Assembly (NCBI GenBank): GCA_024137785.1
Contig: JAHRHZ010000085.1
Span: forward strand, 2,232,279-2,296,278
Direction: 5' to 3'
From: Ginglymostoma cirratum
Lineage: Eukaryota
Length of the DNA stretch: 64,000 nucleotides
A model generated the notes under the pieces. It made no database searches. It saw only the letters and a program-made list of their open reading frames with translations, and was not told where the DNA came from. Of this stretch, positions 36,895 to 47,627 are shown one piece after another. Numbering within the stretch: position 1 is the stretch's first letter; each line of letters begins with the position of its first letter. The translations under genes were made by a program, and so were the position numbers.

Positions 36895-39800
36895 GTACTC
36901 ATTTCTTTTGCTGCAAGACATAACGGGAACTTACAAGTGGATTTGATAAATAAGTGGATTTTTTTATTTTTTTTTCAAGTCTGTTACTCCCAGAACTCAT
37001 TTGTCACTGAGTCTGTCAGGGAAAAAAATGTAACATTCAATTCAGGCAATAGTTTATAAGTGGGAGAATTAGTCGAACGGTAAAATGTGGTAAATTACTG
37101 TTGCATCAGTGGCCTGGAATAAGGATGTTATCTGGGTGGTGCAGACTGTCCTTCTTGTTTAATCTCAGTGTGCCTCCTTGGTTGACAGTTGCTGTGGGCA
37201 GTTCGGCCAAAGACAATCCGGACCTTGCACGAAAAACGGCGCAGAGAGGTTCATCAGTTCTCACGCAATGTCCTTTCTCCCCCGAATTCGATTATTCAAA
37301 TGTTGTCGCTTACTGGTGCAGAGAAGGTCATAGAACCATTCTGCAGGAGGATAGCAAAAAGTTCTTCTATGTAATTAGAGAAGTCTCCCTTCATATTCTG
37401 AATGTGACTCTCCGGGACGCTGGAACATATTACTGTGCCGTCAAGTATCAGCTTCGAACAGTTGGGAAGGAAACTGCTGTGCAACTTACTGTATATGGTA
37501 AGTGTCACCGCAGGTAAACACGGAGTCTTAGCTGCTTAGAAACAATCAACAACGGGAACCAAAACAATTTATTAGACACAGACATTTTATGTATAATATT
37601 GGCAGTTGTTTAAAATGAAACGTGTCAAGAATATGGAGACCTTGGAGAACCAGTAACACCTCAAAGTTTGAGATCTACTCTGTATTACAAATGAATCACT
37701 TGTGGGATGTGGGCATCACTGGCTGGCCAGCATTTATTGTCTGTCCTTAGTTGCCCTTGACAAGGTGGTGGTGAGCTGCCTTCTTGAACAGCCGCAGTCC
37801 ATGTGCTGTAAGTAAACTCACAATGCCATTAGGGGGAAATTACAGGATTTTCACCCAGAGTCAGTGAAGAAACAGTGATGTATTTCCAAGTAAGTATGGT
37901 GAGCAGCTTGGGAGAAGCTTGCAGGTGTTGGTGGTGTTCCCATATACTTGCTGCCCTTGCCCGTCTAGATGGTATTGATCATAAGTTTGGAAGGTGTTGA
38001 CTGAGGGCTTTTGGTGAACTTCTGCAGTGCAGCTTAAAGTTACACACTGCTGCTGCTGAGTATCTGTGGTGGAGTAACTGAAAGTGGTGCCAATCAAGTG
38101 GGTGACTTTTTACTGGATGGTGTCAAACTTCTTGGGTGTTTTTGGACATGCAGGCATGCAGGCAAATGGGGACCATTCCAACACACTCCTGACTTGTGCC
38201 TTTTAGATGGTGGACAGGCTTTGGGGAGCCAGCAGTTGAGTTACTCGCTGCAGTATTCCCAACCTCTGACCTACAGTTCTATTTATATTGGCTCGCCCAG
38301 TTCTGTTTCTGCTCAATGGTAACCCCCAAAATGTAGATAGTGGGAAATTCACTGATGGTGATGCCACTGAATATTAAGAGGTGGATGGCAAGACTGTTTC
38401 TTATTGGAGATGGTATTTGCCCTGCATTTGTGTGGCCTACATGTTCCTGTTAACTTTTCAGCCCAACCCTGATGTTGTCCAGTTCTTGCTGCATTTGATC
38501 ATGGGTTGCTTCAGTTTTATGAATTTAGCTTTTGTACATTTATGCATTTTGCAGCAACATTGATTGCAATACTTTCAAGTTTTTCTTTGTATATGAATAT
38601 GGAGTTACAGGATGAATATCCTTGAAGTTGTTTGCAATACTATGTGTTTTGAAATGTTTCATACCTCACGAGAAGGGCCAAATTTTCAGTCCCATCACTT
38701 GGATGGTTTTTGTTAAATTCCTAGAATCCAGGTCCAATTCCTCATCCTGTTTGCATAAGAAAGGTGCAGTAATACAATTCGATCGTGTTCCTATTATTAA
38801 GTTGAAACAAATTCTGGAAACTCTTTTTTCTAAATTTGCAGGAGGTATATTGAAAGGATTTAAGGAATTTTTTAAACTTGATAGATGTTTAACAATTTCG
38901 TGTACTGTTCACAGCAACAATTAATACAACTGTTTTGCTGGAAAAAAGTTGTTTCTGTAACTTAAAAAAGTACGTTTTTTGCAGAAGATGCAAAGTCGAT
39001 TTATTTAATTTGTGATATTTACCATTCAGTTCCACCAGCTCCTCTGAAAATTGTCTCCGCTCCATCCCAAGACCTTTTTTCTGCTTCTCTCCAACTCCAG
39101 CGCAGGACGTCTGACTTTTACCCAAAAGAATTTAACCTTACTTGGTATAAAAGTGGTGCAAACATATTGACAGGATTTAGGAATGAACAGCAAGCAAAAA
39201 CTGAGGATCTTTACGAAGGCGTCAGCACCTTGGAGTTACGAGAGGCAGTTGAGAGCGGGACAGTTCATACCTGTCAAGCATCTGACGTTTCAAGCCCATT
39301 TCCAGCAAATGCCAGCTATACTGTTACAAATGAAGGTAACATTACATATAATGTGGTACATCGAATGCTCACGCATCATTCAAAATGCGTGAATATGTAT
39401 AAAACGGTTATGACATTTATTTGCATGCGATAATATCAAAATACTGTTATTTGTATGTGATTAAGTCAAAGTTTAAATTAAGCCCTATTGGTTGGATTAA
39501 AGTTTTTTTTTCTTCATGCTGTTTGGAGTTGGTATGTAGTTATCAGATGTGACTTTATCAAGCGAGGTATTCAAACTCAACAATGGTCACATAACTATTT
39601 TCTGCATACACTGACAACTCGCAAAGGGCTGCGTGGTCAATGTTAATGCTTCAGAAAGTGTGAACAGTATCGAATTTGGTCAGGGCACATGTGAAGTTAT
39701 TGTGTGCCGTTCTGGTCACCCGACTAAAAAACGGATTTTATGAAACTAGAAACAGTGCAGAAAATATTTCCTAGGATGCAACGTGGACTGGAAGGTTTTA

Positions 39801-42800
39801 GTTCCAAGGAGAAGATGGAGAGGCTGTTTTTTTTTTCTTTCCTGGAGAGTAGCAGACTGAAGGGTGACCTTGTAGACGTCTACAAGATCACGAGAGGCAT
39901 AGATAAATAGACAGCTGACAGCTTTTCCACATGGTATGGGAATCTAAAACTGGAGGGCATAGGTTTAAGGTGAGAGGAAAGAGATACAAAAGAGCCCAGT
40001 GGAGATTTTTTTTTTCACACAGCAATGAGAATGGTGAGTCTTGAATGGGCTGTCAGAGGTAGTGTTGGAAGAGAGCACCATTTTGTCAATTAGGAAACAT
40101 TTGGACAGGTAAATGGATGGGTTAGGTATGGACGGATATGGACAAAACGCAGCACCTGGGACGAGTTAAATTGTGAAAACTGGGCAGCACAGAAAATTTG
40201 GGATGAAGGGCCTGTTTCCATGCTGTAAATCTCGATGACTATGATATAGCTACACTCAACCAGCAGCTTCAGCTTAATTCTCCATTCACCAGAGTGCCAC
40301 ATACTTGATTAATTGCTGAACTTTGATTTATTGCTGATTGGGTTGTAGCTGCAACCCAGTTAAAATTATTTTAATTGAAGTTTACCTCCATGTGAAACTC
40401 AAGGAAATCTGGAAGCAGGTTCCATTACCTATTTTTTCAGACATTTCGTTCGCAATCCAATTCAACTCCCACCAAATGATTTAATATTTTTTGACATAGC
40501 TTCAAGGACCAAACATTAACTGCAATTAGCTCTGTTTCCATTAATTTCAAATTTGTCATTTGCTGAGGTACTTTCATCATTTGCCTATTTTTGTAAATTT
40601 CAGAGATTTTGTGTTCAACTGCGTAGGGATCAGCTGAACAAAGAGACAACAAAATTGAAATGCTGTGACTACGAGAGAAATCAAATCAGTGAGGTGCAGG
40701 CCCGGACACTCTCGTTTAGTCAGTGCAATTGAGAATGATGCACATGACATTTTAACCTGTATATCTTCTGTTTATATTGTCACTCCTAAATTTGAATGTA
40801 CATGAACAGTACAGATTTTGCCTCTAAAATCGGTGTTACTGTGGCCTTTGGTTGTGCTGCTGGTGCACTTGCAATTCTAATACTGGTTGAGATGATTGTA
40901 AAGGGTTTTCTGTTCTTTACATCCAAAGGTATGAACAGGGATAAAATGTCTCAGTGAAATTAACATAATTGGGAACTGAACTTCTGAACTGTATAACTTA
41001 AGAAAATATTTTCTGTGAAAACTCATTCAAATGTACACCTTGCTTCACATCAAATTATGAAATAAGAAGGTTTGCAGCTTCAGTTTGCTAAGTTGTATTG
41101 GTGTAGATCAAAATTATGATGGCGTATTTCATTGTTGAAAGAAGGTTCCAAAGCTTCAATCCTCAAGACATAAATTCAAAGCATCTGTGTGTAACGTTTA
41201 GAGCTACATTGCCAAACTGTTGGTCCTGTTATACTCTGTTTATAATTGTCGAATACTAGTTGACTTGCTTTTGGTTTCTTTGGTTTGCCGTTGAGTACAA
41301 ATATCAACCATTTTTGTTGCCAACTTACGTCATTTTTATTGCTCAGGACAGCGAAAGAAAAAAATCAATAAATCCAACTCAACAAGAAGATGTGCTGAGG
41401 TAATTTTCCTTTATTCTGTCTATTTTAATTTTCAAGTCTCGTTGAACAATTTAAACTGGGAACCCTCGTATGATTTTTGAACATGCTAAGGTAAGTCTTG
41501 AAGATTTCATCAGCTCTCAAAAGCATAATTTCAGCTGAATAAAAACAAAATAAAGGAAATAAGATAGCGTGGGAAGTTTCACAAACTGTTGTCACTATTT
41601 TATATCGTCACACTTGTTTATAAATGTGTAAGCTATATCAATTAACTTTTGCTGATACTTTCAACTATCAATCGTAGGTTTGAAGCTGACAACTTTGATT
41701 TTTCTTTTTTTTTAATTCTTAACAAGTGACAGTGTGCTGAATAATTTTGCCACATTGATTACAGACAAAATAATCAATGTTGATTACATTGAGCTGATGA
41801 CTATTTTGAATGGTAGGTTTCTAATTGGAAAGAGAGATGCTTGTTCTCTCCTTCCTTTCTACGCTGTTCAAAATTAACTCATGCATTAGTCTTAGTTCAG
41901 TGATTATGTCTGACTTCTACTCAGCGCCTGTACCGAAGAACTCAATATATTTTGCGGACAGCTTGCGCAAAGTTGGCTTTCTTAGATAACTTTTACCGTA
42001 GGCTGCCTCTCTGCTAGTGCAACGTTCTGCAGCAACATGCTACCTTGAAACAGAAATAGATGAGCTGTTGTGAGGAAATCTTCTCTCATTATCCAATTTT
42101 CAAAAATTGGATATCAGTGACATGTGAGAGGAAGACTGAGAACAGTTTGTTTAAACTCGTGAAAAAGTAAATCTTTGTTGCTGACTACAGCGTGTGCAAT
42201 TGAATGACACATGTGAATCTTAACTGCGATTGAATGCAGTGCCGACCAGCAGATTGAATCACTTTAAATGCATTTTTAAAGCTGTTGAAGTCTTTAAATG
42301 AATTCAGTAGCTTTATTGTCTCAGCTTCCATCGAGGATCTGAACTTGCATTTTTAAAGAAATTTCCCCAAACTCCCTCCCCGACAACAATGTAACTAAAC
42401 TATCTGGACTGCAGTATGTCAAGAAAGCTGGTTCGCTTCTGGGGTCTTAATAGTAAGCAGTTACTGGCACCAAATACTGGTCTTGTCATCAAGGCTCTCA
42501 TGCCATTAAAAATAGTTCATGGTGCAGAAAAGATTCATTTCTGTACTGGAGATGCAGCAAAAGTTAAGCTTTTTTTCGTGGGGGTCTTCACAAAAGCGGA
42601 ACAAAGTCTTTACTCCATCACGGCATGTCTTTCTGTAAAATGTTGCAGCTGCACTGTTGTCGGTAACGGAATAAAGTCCTCTGATGTCCAGGAGCAGTGT
42701 TCAGCCTGTTTTTTATTGCTTCATGAACAATGGATCACATCAAATGAGAAAACAAAATTTTCTATGATTGACAAATACCTCACAGAAGTCCAAAGAGTAC

Positions 42801-44050
42801 CTTTTAGAGCAATGAAACGTTGTGGTTTACTTTTCAAACAAAAGCGCACTGTACTTGTCGCATTTTTTCCTTGTTACTAACCTGAACTTGTTCCTTCCTA
42901 AATAGTTGACACATTTTCGAAGTTAAAACATCAATAATTTACTTTAAAACACTTTCAAAATGCGCTGCACCTTCGTGTTCACTTCAGGCTTCAATGCGTT
43001 CATTTATTACCATTTAAATGGCCGATTCAAATAATTACCTTCCTTTATTCATCAGGGAACAGAATGATTCTAAAATTAATTTTCCAATAGCAGTGGTAAG
43101 TACAGTTGTTCCTCTTCTCTAATTGACTTGCTAATGTAACTAATTTAATATGAGGCAATGTTCAGTCAAAACCTGCATCATTCACCCTCTGAGTGAAAGG
43201 TGTTACTAATTTATTTCAAGTAATCGTCACTTATAATTTTACTTCGCAAGAGTGTGAAATGTGATTTTTGTTATTGCTATTAAACAAATACAGATGTATT
43301 TATTTTTATTTCATTTTATAAACTGTACTGACGACTCAATTTGTGCCAGAATGCAATAAAATAGAAAACCATCTATCAGAATTCAAAAAGCTAATTAGTT
43401 GAACTGAAGCATGCAGCCTTCTCTTCTGCATAATTAAGACTATATTAAGATCAATAAAATTGAGAAAAATAACGTTTGCTTGTTGTTTCTAAGTGTGATG
43501 TTCCTGGCAAGAAAAAGTTCAGAGTGAGAAACTATAAAGTGTTGTGATTGTAATGAAGTGCTAGCAAAGACTGTGCAACAAACTAATTGTCCCTGGTAAG
43601 AATTTATGCTTGTCTCTTGACTCCAAAATAAAATAACCTAAAGAAGGATAAATCTTGACTTTCTAGAGAAAACAAGAGATGCCTGAAGATAAGCAGACAT
43701 ATGCTGCTCTTAATCAAGTTTTTTTCTGAGGACTGCATGATGCCAAAACAACAGGATGAAATTACAATATATACAGAGGTACATTTCAGGTCATATGTGT
43801 AAATAATCAGTTCATTCATCAGAATGCGTTGATCTGGACTTGATGTTGAAAATCGCTTTGTATAATTTGCATCTAGAATGATTTAAATGAATGGTAATTC
43901 AGTCTCAATGTTGTTTTTCAGACAAAACACTGCATGACAGACGGCAGACTGACTTACCTTGCTCTGAAATTCAATGATTCAAGTACATTATCAAAACACA
44001 AACACCAAGAAAAATGTCCAGTGTATGCAGCGGTGAAAAGCAGCTACTAA
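36840..44050 (+). CDS. Spliced IgSF type I membrane receptor (leader-VJ-C1-TM-ITIM tail), SIRP-like architecture; join(36840..36894,37189..37497,39030..39335,40815..40928,41347..41399,43922..44050), 321 aa
   Basis: All six exons have GT-AG boundaries with compatible phases (1,1,1,1,0) and give one open frame from ATG 36840 to TAA 44048-44050. V-set, C1-set, TM and ITIM motifs are each visible. Exons 1-3 are conserved in the paralog at 60068-62047. Confidence 0.82.
37189..37497 (+). CDS. Exon 2: Ig V-type domain with J-like G strand
   Basis: Acceptor ttgacag|TT and donor G|gtaagt, phase 1-1. Motifs: B-strand Cys (QCPF), C-strand YW, SLHILNV, DAGTYYC, then VGKETAVQLTV. Confidence 0.92.
37700..38515 (-). 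mobile_element. CR1/L2-group LINE 3' fragment in intron 2
   Basis: Homologous to 12720-13300 and 3110-3455. Confidence 0.75.
39030..39335 (+). CDS. Exon 3: Ig C1-set domain (B-strand Cys replaced by Arg)
   Basis: Acceptor ccattcag|TT and donor G|gtaac, phase 1-1. Translation VPPAPLKIV...LQRRTSDFYPKEFNLTWYK...DLYEGVSTLE...VHTCQASD shows the FYPxxxxxxW C1 signature. Confidence 0.9.
39685..40245 (+). mobile_element. CR1-type LINE 3' end in intron 3
   Basis: Degenerate QFWSP...RLKGDL...FKVRG and a 3' UTR. Confidence 0.75.
40815..40928 (+). CDS. Exon 4: transmembrane segment DFASKIGVTVAFGCAAGALAILILVEMIVKGFLFFTSK
   Basis: Acceptor tacag|AT and donor G|gtatga, phase 1-1, with a 20-residue uninterrupted hydrophobic run. 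Confidence 0.82.
41347..41399 (+). CDS. Exon 5: juxtamembrane cytoplasmic exon GQRKKKINKSNSTRRCAE
   Basis: Acceptor tttttattgctcag| and donor GAG|gtaatt. 53 nt, phase 1 to 0, which bridges the TM exon and the phase-0 last exon. Basic positive-inside stretch. Confidence 0.65.
43056..43095 (+). other. Possible alternative cytoplasmic mini-exon (acceptor at 43056 or 43063)
   Basis: Polypyrimidine tract + cag and a strong donor GTG|gtaagt. A start at 43063 gives in-frame NDSKINFPIAV; a start at 43056 gives GTE-stop. Confidence 0.4.
43922..44050 (+). CDS. Exon 6: cytoplasmic tail with ITIM LTYLAL and distal Tyr motif PVYAAV
   Basis: Acceptor ttgtttttcag|. Phase-0 translation TKHCMTDGRLTYLALKFNDSSTLSKHKHQEKCPVYAAVKSSY*. 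Confidence 0.85.
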   Translation, partial: TKHCMTDGRLTYLALKFNDSSTLSKHKHQEKCPVYAAVKSSY

Positions 44051-44759
44051 ATTGGGCAAACAAAAATACTCATAAAAGATAGGAGCACAGATTGTATCAC
44101 AGAGAACTTTATGTTTCTTATCAGTTTTAAGCTGTTGTTTTCCTCATGTAAATCTGGTATAATTTTGCAAAACAGTGGATGAATTTCTTCCCTTCAAGTA
44201 ATGTCACCCGGATCCACTTCATTTCAGCTTGAAAATTCACACAACAGTTACAACTGAATATCGAAATTCAATTATTTCCAACTGTGAAGGATCTCCTTAT
44301 TCCCTTTAAGTCTGCACAAAGTTTGAAATATTAATCATTAAAACTATTTTCGAGAATTTTTCTCTGTGGTTGTATATCGTCAAATATTTATAATTACGCT
44401 TTATGCTGGTAATACAATATTTTCATTCACATTCTCCAGTCACCCCATTTTGACCTAGAAATGATGGGTTTTACTGTGACAAATTTTCACAAGGTTTCTG
44501 TTGGTTAATTGTCTATAACTTGTCGATGTTTCACTGTCTTTTCTGGCATGAATTGATATTTCGTCCTGTTCTCATTACGCCAGCTGTTTTAATCCTGTTT
44601 GTCCGCTAGCTGTTACTGTGAAAATGTTTGTGTTGGTTTTTCCATATCCAGAATGCTGAAGAGATGCGATTGTTAATCTGCATGATATTTTGACAGTTCA
44701 TTTTGCTAAGTTAATTCGCTTATGTTAATAATTGGTAGTTTCGTCTTCTTGGACAACTC

Positions 44760-45200
44760 GAAAGAGAAACAGGTAGATTGATTGAGACATATAAAATCTT
44801 CAGGGATCTTGACAAGATAGATGTGGAGATGTTTCCTCCCATGGGAAAACTAGAACTAGGGATCATGGTTTAAAAAGTCAGACGTTGTCCATTTGAAACA
44901 GCGATAGAGATTTTTTTGTTTCAGAGATCTAGGAGTGTTTGGAACACTTTTTGTCAAAAGATTGGGGAAGCGAGGTTCTTGAATATTTTAACGTCACAGA
45001 TTGATAGATTCTGGTGGAGCAAAGAAGTGAAAGGTTATCAGGGTACAGCTTAAATGTGGATCTGAGGTTATGGTCAAATTCATTATGAACTTGTGTACGC
45101 AGCTTTTTTGATTTGGCCTTCTTATATCAGTTCCTTTATTGAATCTTTTGAAGAACAGAGCAGGTCAGAGAGACTGATTGAAAGACTATTGCCTCTGATT
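44760..45200 (+). mobile_element. Degenerate CR1 3' fragment
   Basis: DLIETYKI...TRDHGLK-like motifs. Confidence 0.55.
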
Positions 45201-45858
45201 CCATTGTTCATGTCGTCCTATGCTGATTTCCTCGTGTGTAAATAAAAACACCGATAAGCGAGAACTGGGGGAAACTTACACAGATCTGGATTTTAAACAG
45301 CTAAACCATCAGGTCCACAAAGGATTTTATGATGATATAATAGAACTCAAATCAATGCAAGATAAATTTGTTGCCATATCACCTGCATATTTTTGCTGTT
45401 TTTGAGAAAGTTTTGTTTGTAATTTTTCAGTTGCTGATATCTTACTGTTTCTTGTTCTGTAGCGTTAACAGTGTTTCCTACTGAGTCACACGTCAGATCG
45501 GTGAGGACCATGACATTAATTCAGTCTCTGAGGGTGTATGATGAGCTGATCGGCAACAAACAGAAAGCAGGTTTTTTTTAAAAAATGTCATGTTTGGCAT
45601 TTGTAGAGACTAAGTTTTTGGGTAAAGCAAATTTCTGAGGTTGGACGTCAATTATTTGAATTAGATTTCATCTAAAAATGAAGGAGCCCAGGCTCATGCA
45701 TCAACGTTGGCTCACCATGAAATTATCGGAAGCAAAGTGAGGGAATCTGCATTTCAAGCTGTGAATAGGATAGCAAATGATATAAACCATTTTTTCAAAA
45801 TTATTGGCAAATTGTACATTGTGACAAGTGTGAGATTATAAATTGTTTTGACATAGTT

Positions 45859-46218
45859 GGGACGCACAGTGGCTCAGTAGTTAGCACTGCTGCCTCACAG
45901 CTCCAGGAACCAGGATCTAATTCCAGCTTGGGGCAATATCTGTGTGAAGTTTGCACATTCTCCCTGTGTCTGCACGGGTTTCCTCCAGTTTCTCCAGTTT
46001 CCTCCCACAGTCAAAGATGTGCAGGTGAAGTGGTTTTCCGTGCTAAATTGCCAACAGTATCCAGGGATGTACAGGGCAGGTGAGTTAGTCATGGAAAATG
46101 TAGGATTACGTGGATAGGGCAGGGATGTGAGTCTGGGTCGGATGCTCTTTGGAGGGTTGGTGTGGACTTAATGGGCCAAATAGCCTGCTTCAACACTGTA
46201 GGGACTCTGTGATTCTAT
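45859..46218 (+). mobile_element. Full-length V-SINE (HE1-like)
   Basis: A box GTGGCTCAGTAGTTAG, B-box-like GGATCTAATTCC, V core and a CR1-derived tail. Confidence 0.88.
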
Positions 46219-46835
46219 CATACAAATAGTATTATTTGGAGTTGAGTAAATGATAAATATTTGCATCCAGTAGAATTTGTTGGTCCTTGTACAAGAATGG
46301 ATGAAAACAAGCGTTCAATTAACAGCAAGATGGGTGTGAAAGGTGATAAACACTTATTAAAAGAGATTTGGTGGCATGAGACTAATGAGTTATTGATATG
46401 AGTGTTTGGTTTCCATCAAACCTCAATTACAATAATATGAAAGTTTTCAATCCTCTTGCCTATGGTCAGATATACTTGTCCTTGAGAAAAATCAATGAAA
46501 TGTCAGATATGAGAAGACAGTCCAGTTGGGAGACCAAAGCAAGAAATGTTGTGCAAAATTCCCTTGTTGCTGAAAGACATAAAGAATAAGAGTAAGAAGA
46601 AGAAAGGGACACCAATTTAATAATGCAATCGTGGTCCTGATTTATTGTAGTGAGATGTTATTGGGATAACATCCCATTGATTTCTATATTCTCTATAAAT
46701 TAATGCTCTTTATCTGCTTACACAGAGGTGTGCAGGCATTTCTTTTAGACTTCCTGCCCGACGAGAATTAGGTGTACAACTTTGTAAATCCTTGTCTTCC
46801 TACACATAGATAGAAAGACACTGCCTTAAGCTTCC

Positions 46836-47627
46836 TAGATAACAAGCTGTGGAGCTGGATGAACACAGCAGGCCGAGCAGCGTCAGAGGAGCAGAAAATC
46901 TTGATGTTTCGGGCCTAGACCCTTCATCAGAAATGGGGGAGGGAAAGAGGGTTCTGAAATAAATAGGGAAAGAGGGGGACGCGGATAGAAGATGGATAGA
47001 GGAGAGGAGAGGTGGAGAGGAGACAGACAAGTCAAAGAGGCGGGGATGGAGCCAGTAAAGGTGAGTGTAAGTGGGGAGGTAGGGAAGAGATAGATCAGTC
47101 CAGGGAGGACGGACAGATCAAGGGGGCGGGATGAGGTTTGTAGATAGGATATGGGCGTGCATGGGAGGAGGGGATAGATGAGAGGAAGAACAGGTTAGGG
47201 AGGCGGGGACGAGCTGGGCTGGTTTTGGGATGTGGTTGGCGGAGGGGAGATTTTGAAGCTGGTGAAATCTACATTGATACCATTGGGCTGCGGGGTTCCC
47301 AGGCTAAATATGAGTTGCTGTTCCTCGGATTCTCCAGCATCTGCAGTACCTTTTATCTCTGATACAATTTTAACTCCACTGCGAAGCCTCTTCTAAGGAT
47401 GCCTACCCTGAAGAAGTTACCCTCCTCCCTCCAGAAAAACCTCAGGGGATCTCTCCCTATTTATTTCAGAACCCACTTCCTCTCCCCCATTTCTAATGAA
47501 GTGTCTAGGCCCGAAACGTCAAGCTTTCCTGCTCCTATGATGCTGCTTGGCCTGCTGTGTTCATCCAGCTCCACACCTTGTTATCTCGGATTCTCCAGCA
47601 TCTGCGGTTCCTATTATCTCTGATACA
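46836..47627. mobile_element. Penelope-derived element with inverted arms of about 140 bp
   Basis: 46838-46975 is the reverse complement of about 47450-47585. Flanked by GCCTTAAGC(T/G)TCCT direct repeats. Confidence 0.8.
46901..46934 (-). ncRNA. Minimal hammerhead ribozyme motif (PLE type)
   Basis: Minus strand reads TTT-CTGATGA-AGGGTCTAGGCCC-GAAA-CATC-AA. Confidence 0.5.

Noticed and set aside
37169-37188. Upstream AG at 37167-37168 as the V-exon acceptor
   Set aside because: Wrong phase (2) for the leader exon and not conserved in the paralog.
37101-37517. 138-aa ORF as a single-exon gene
   Set aside because: It is the V exon plus intronic read-through. The splice sites and paralog conservation define 37189-37497.
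37434-37520. Rearranging Ig/TCR V segment
   Set aside because: No CACAGTG heptamer or nonamer after YYC, the G strand is already encoded, and the gene ends in an ITIM tail.
42416-42880. 154-aa intronic ORF
   Set aside because: No recognisable domain or fitting splice sites. It may be the antisense of a decayed DNA transposon, but that is not supportable.
45859-45930. tRNA gene
   Set aside because: The A/B boxes belong to a SINE head that continues into the V core and LINE tail.
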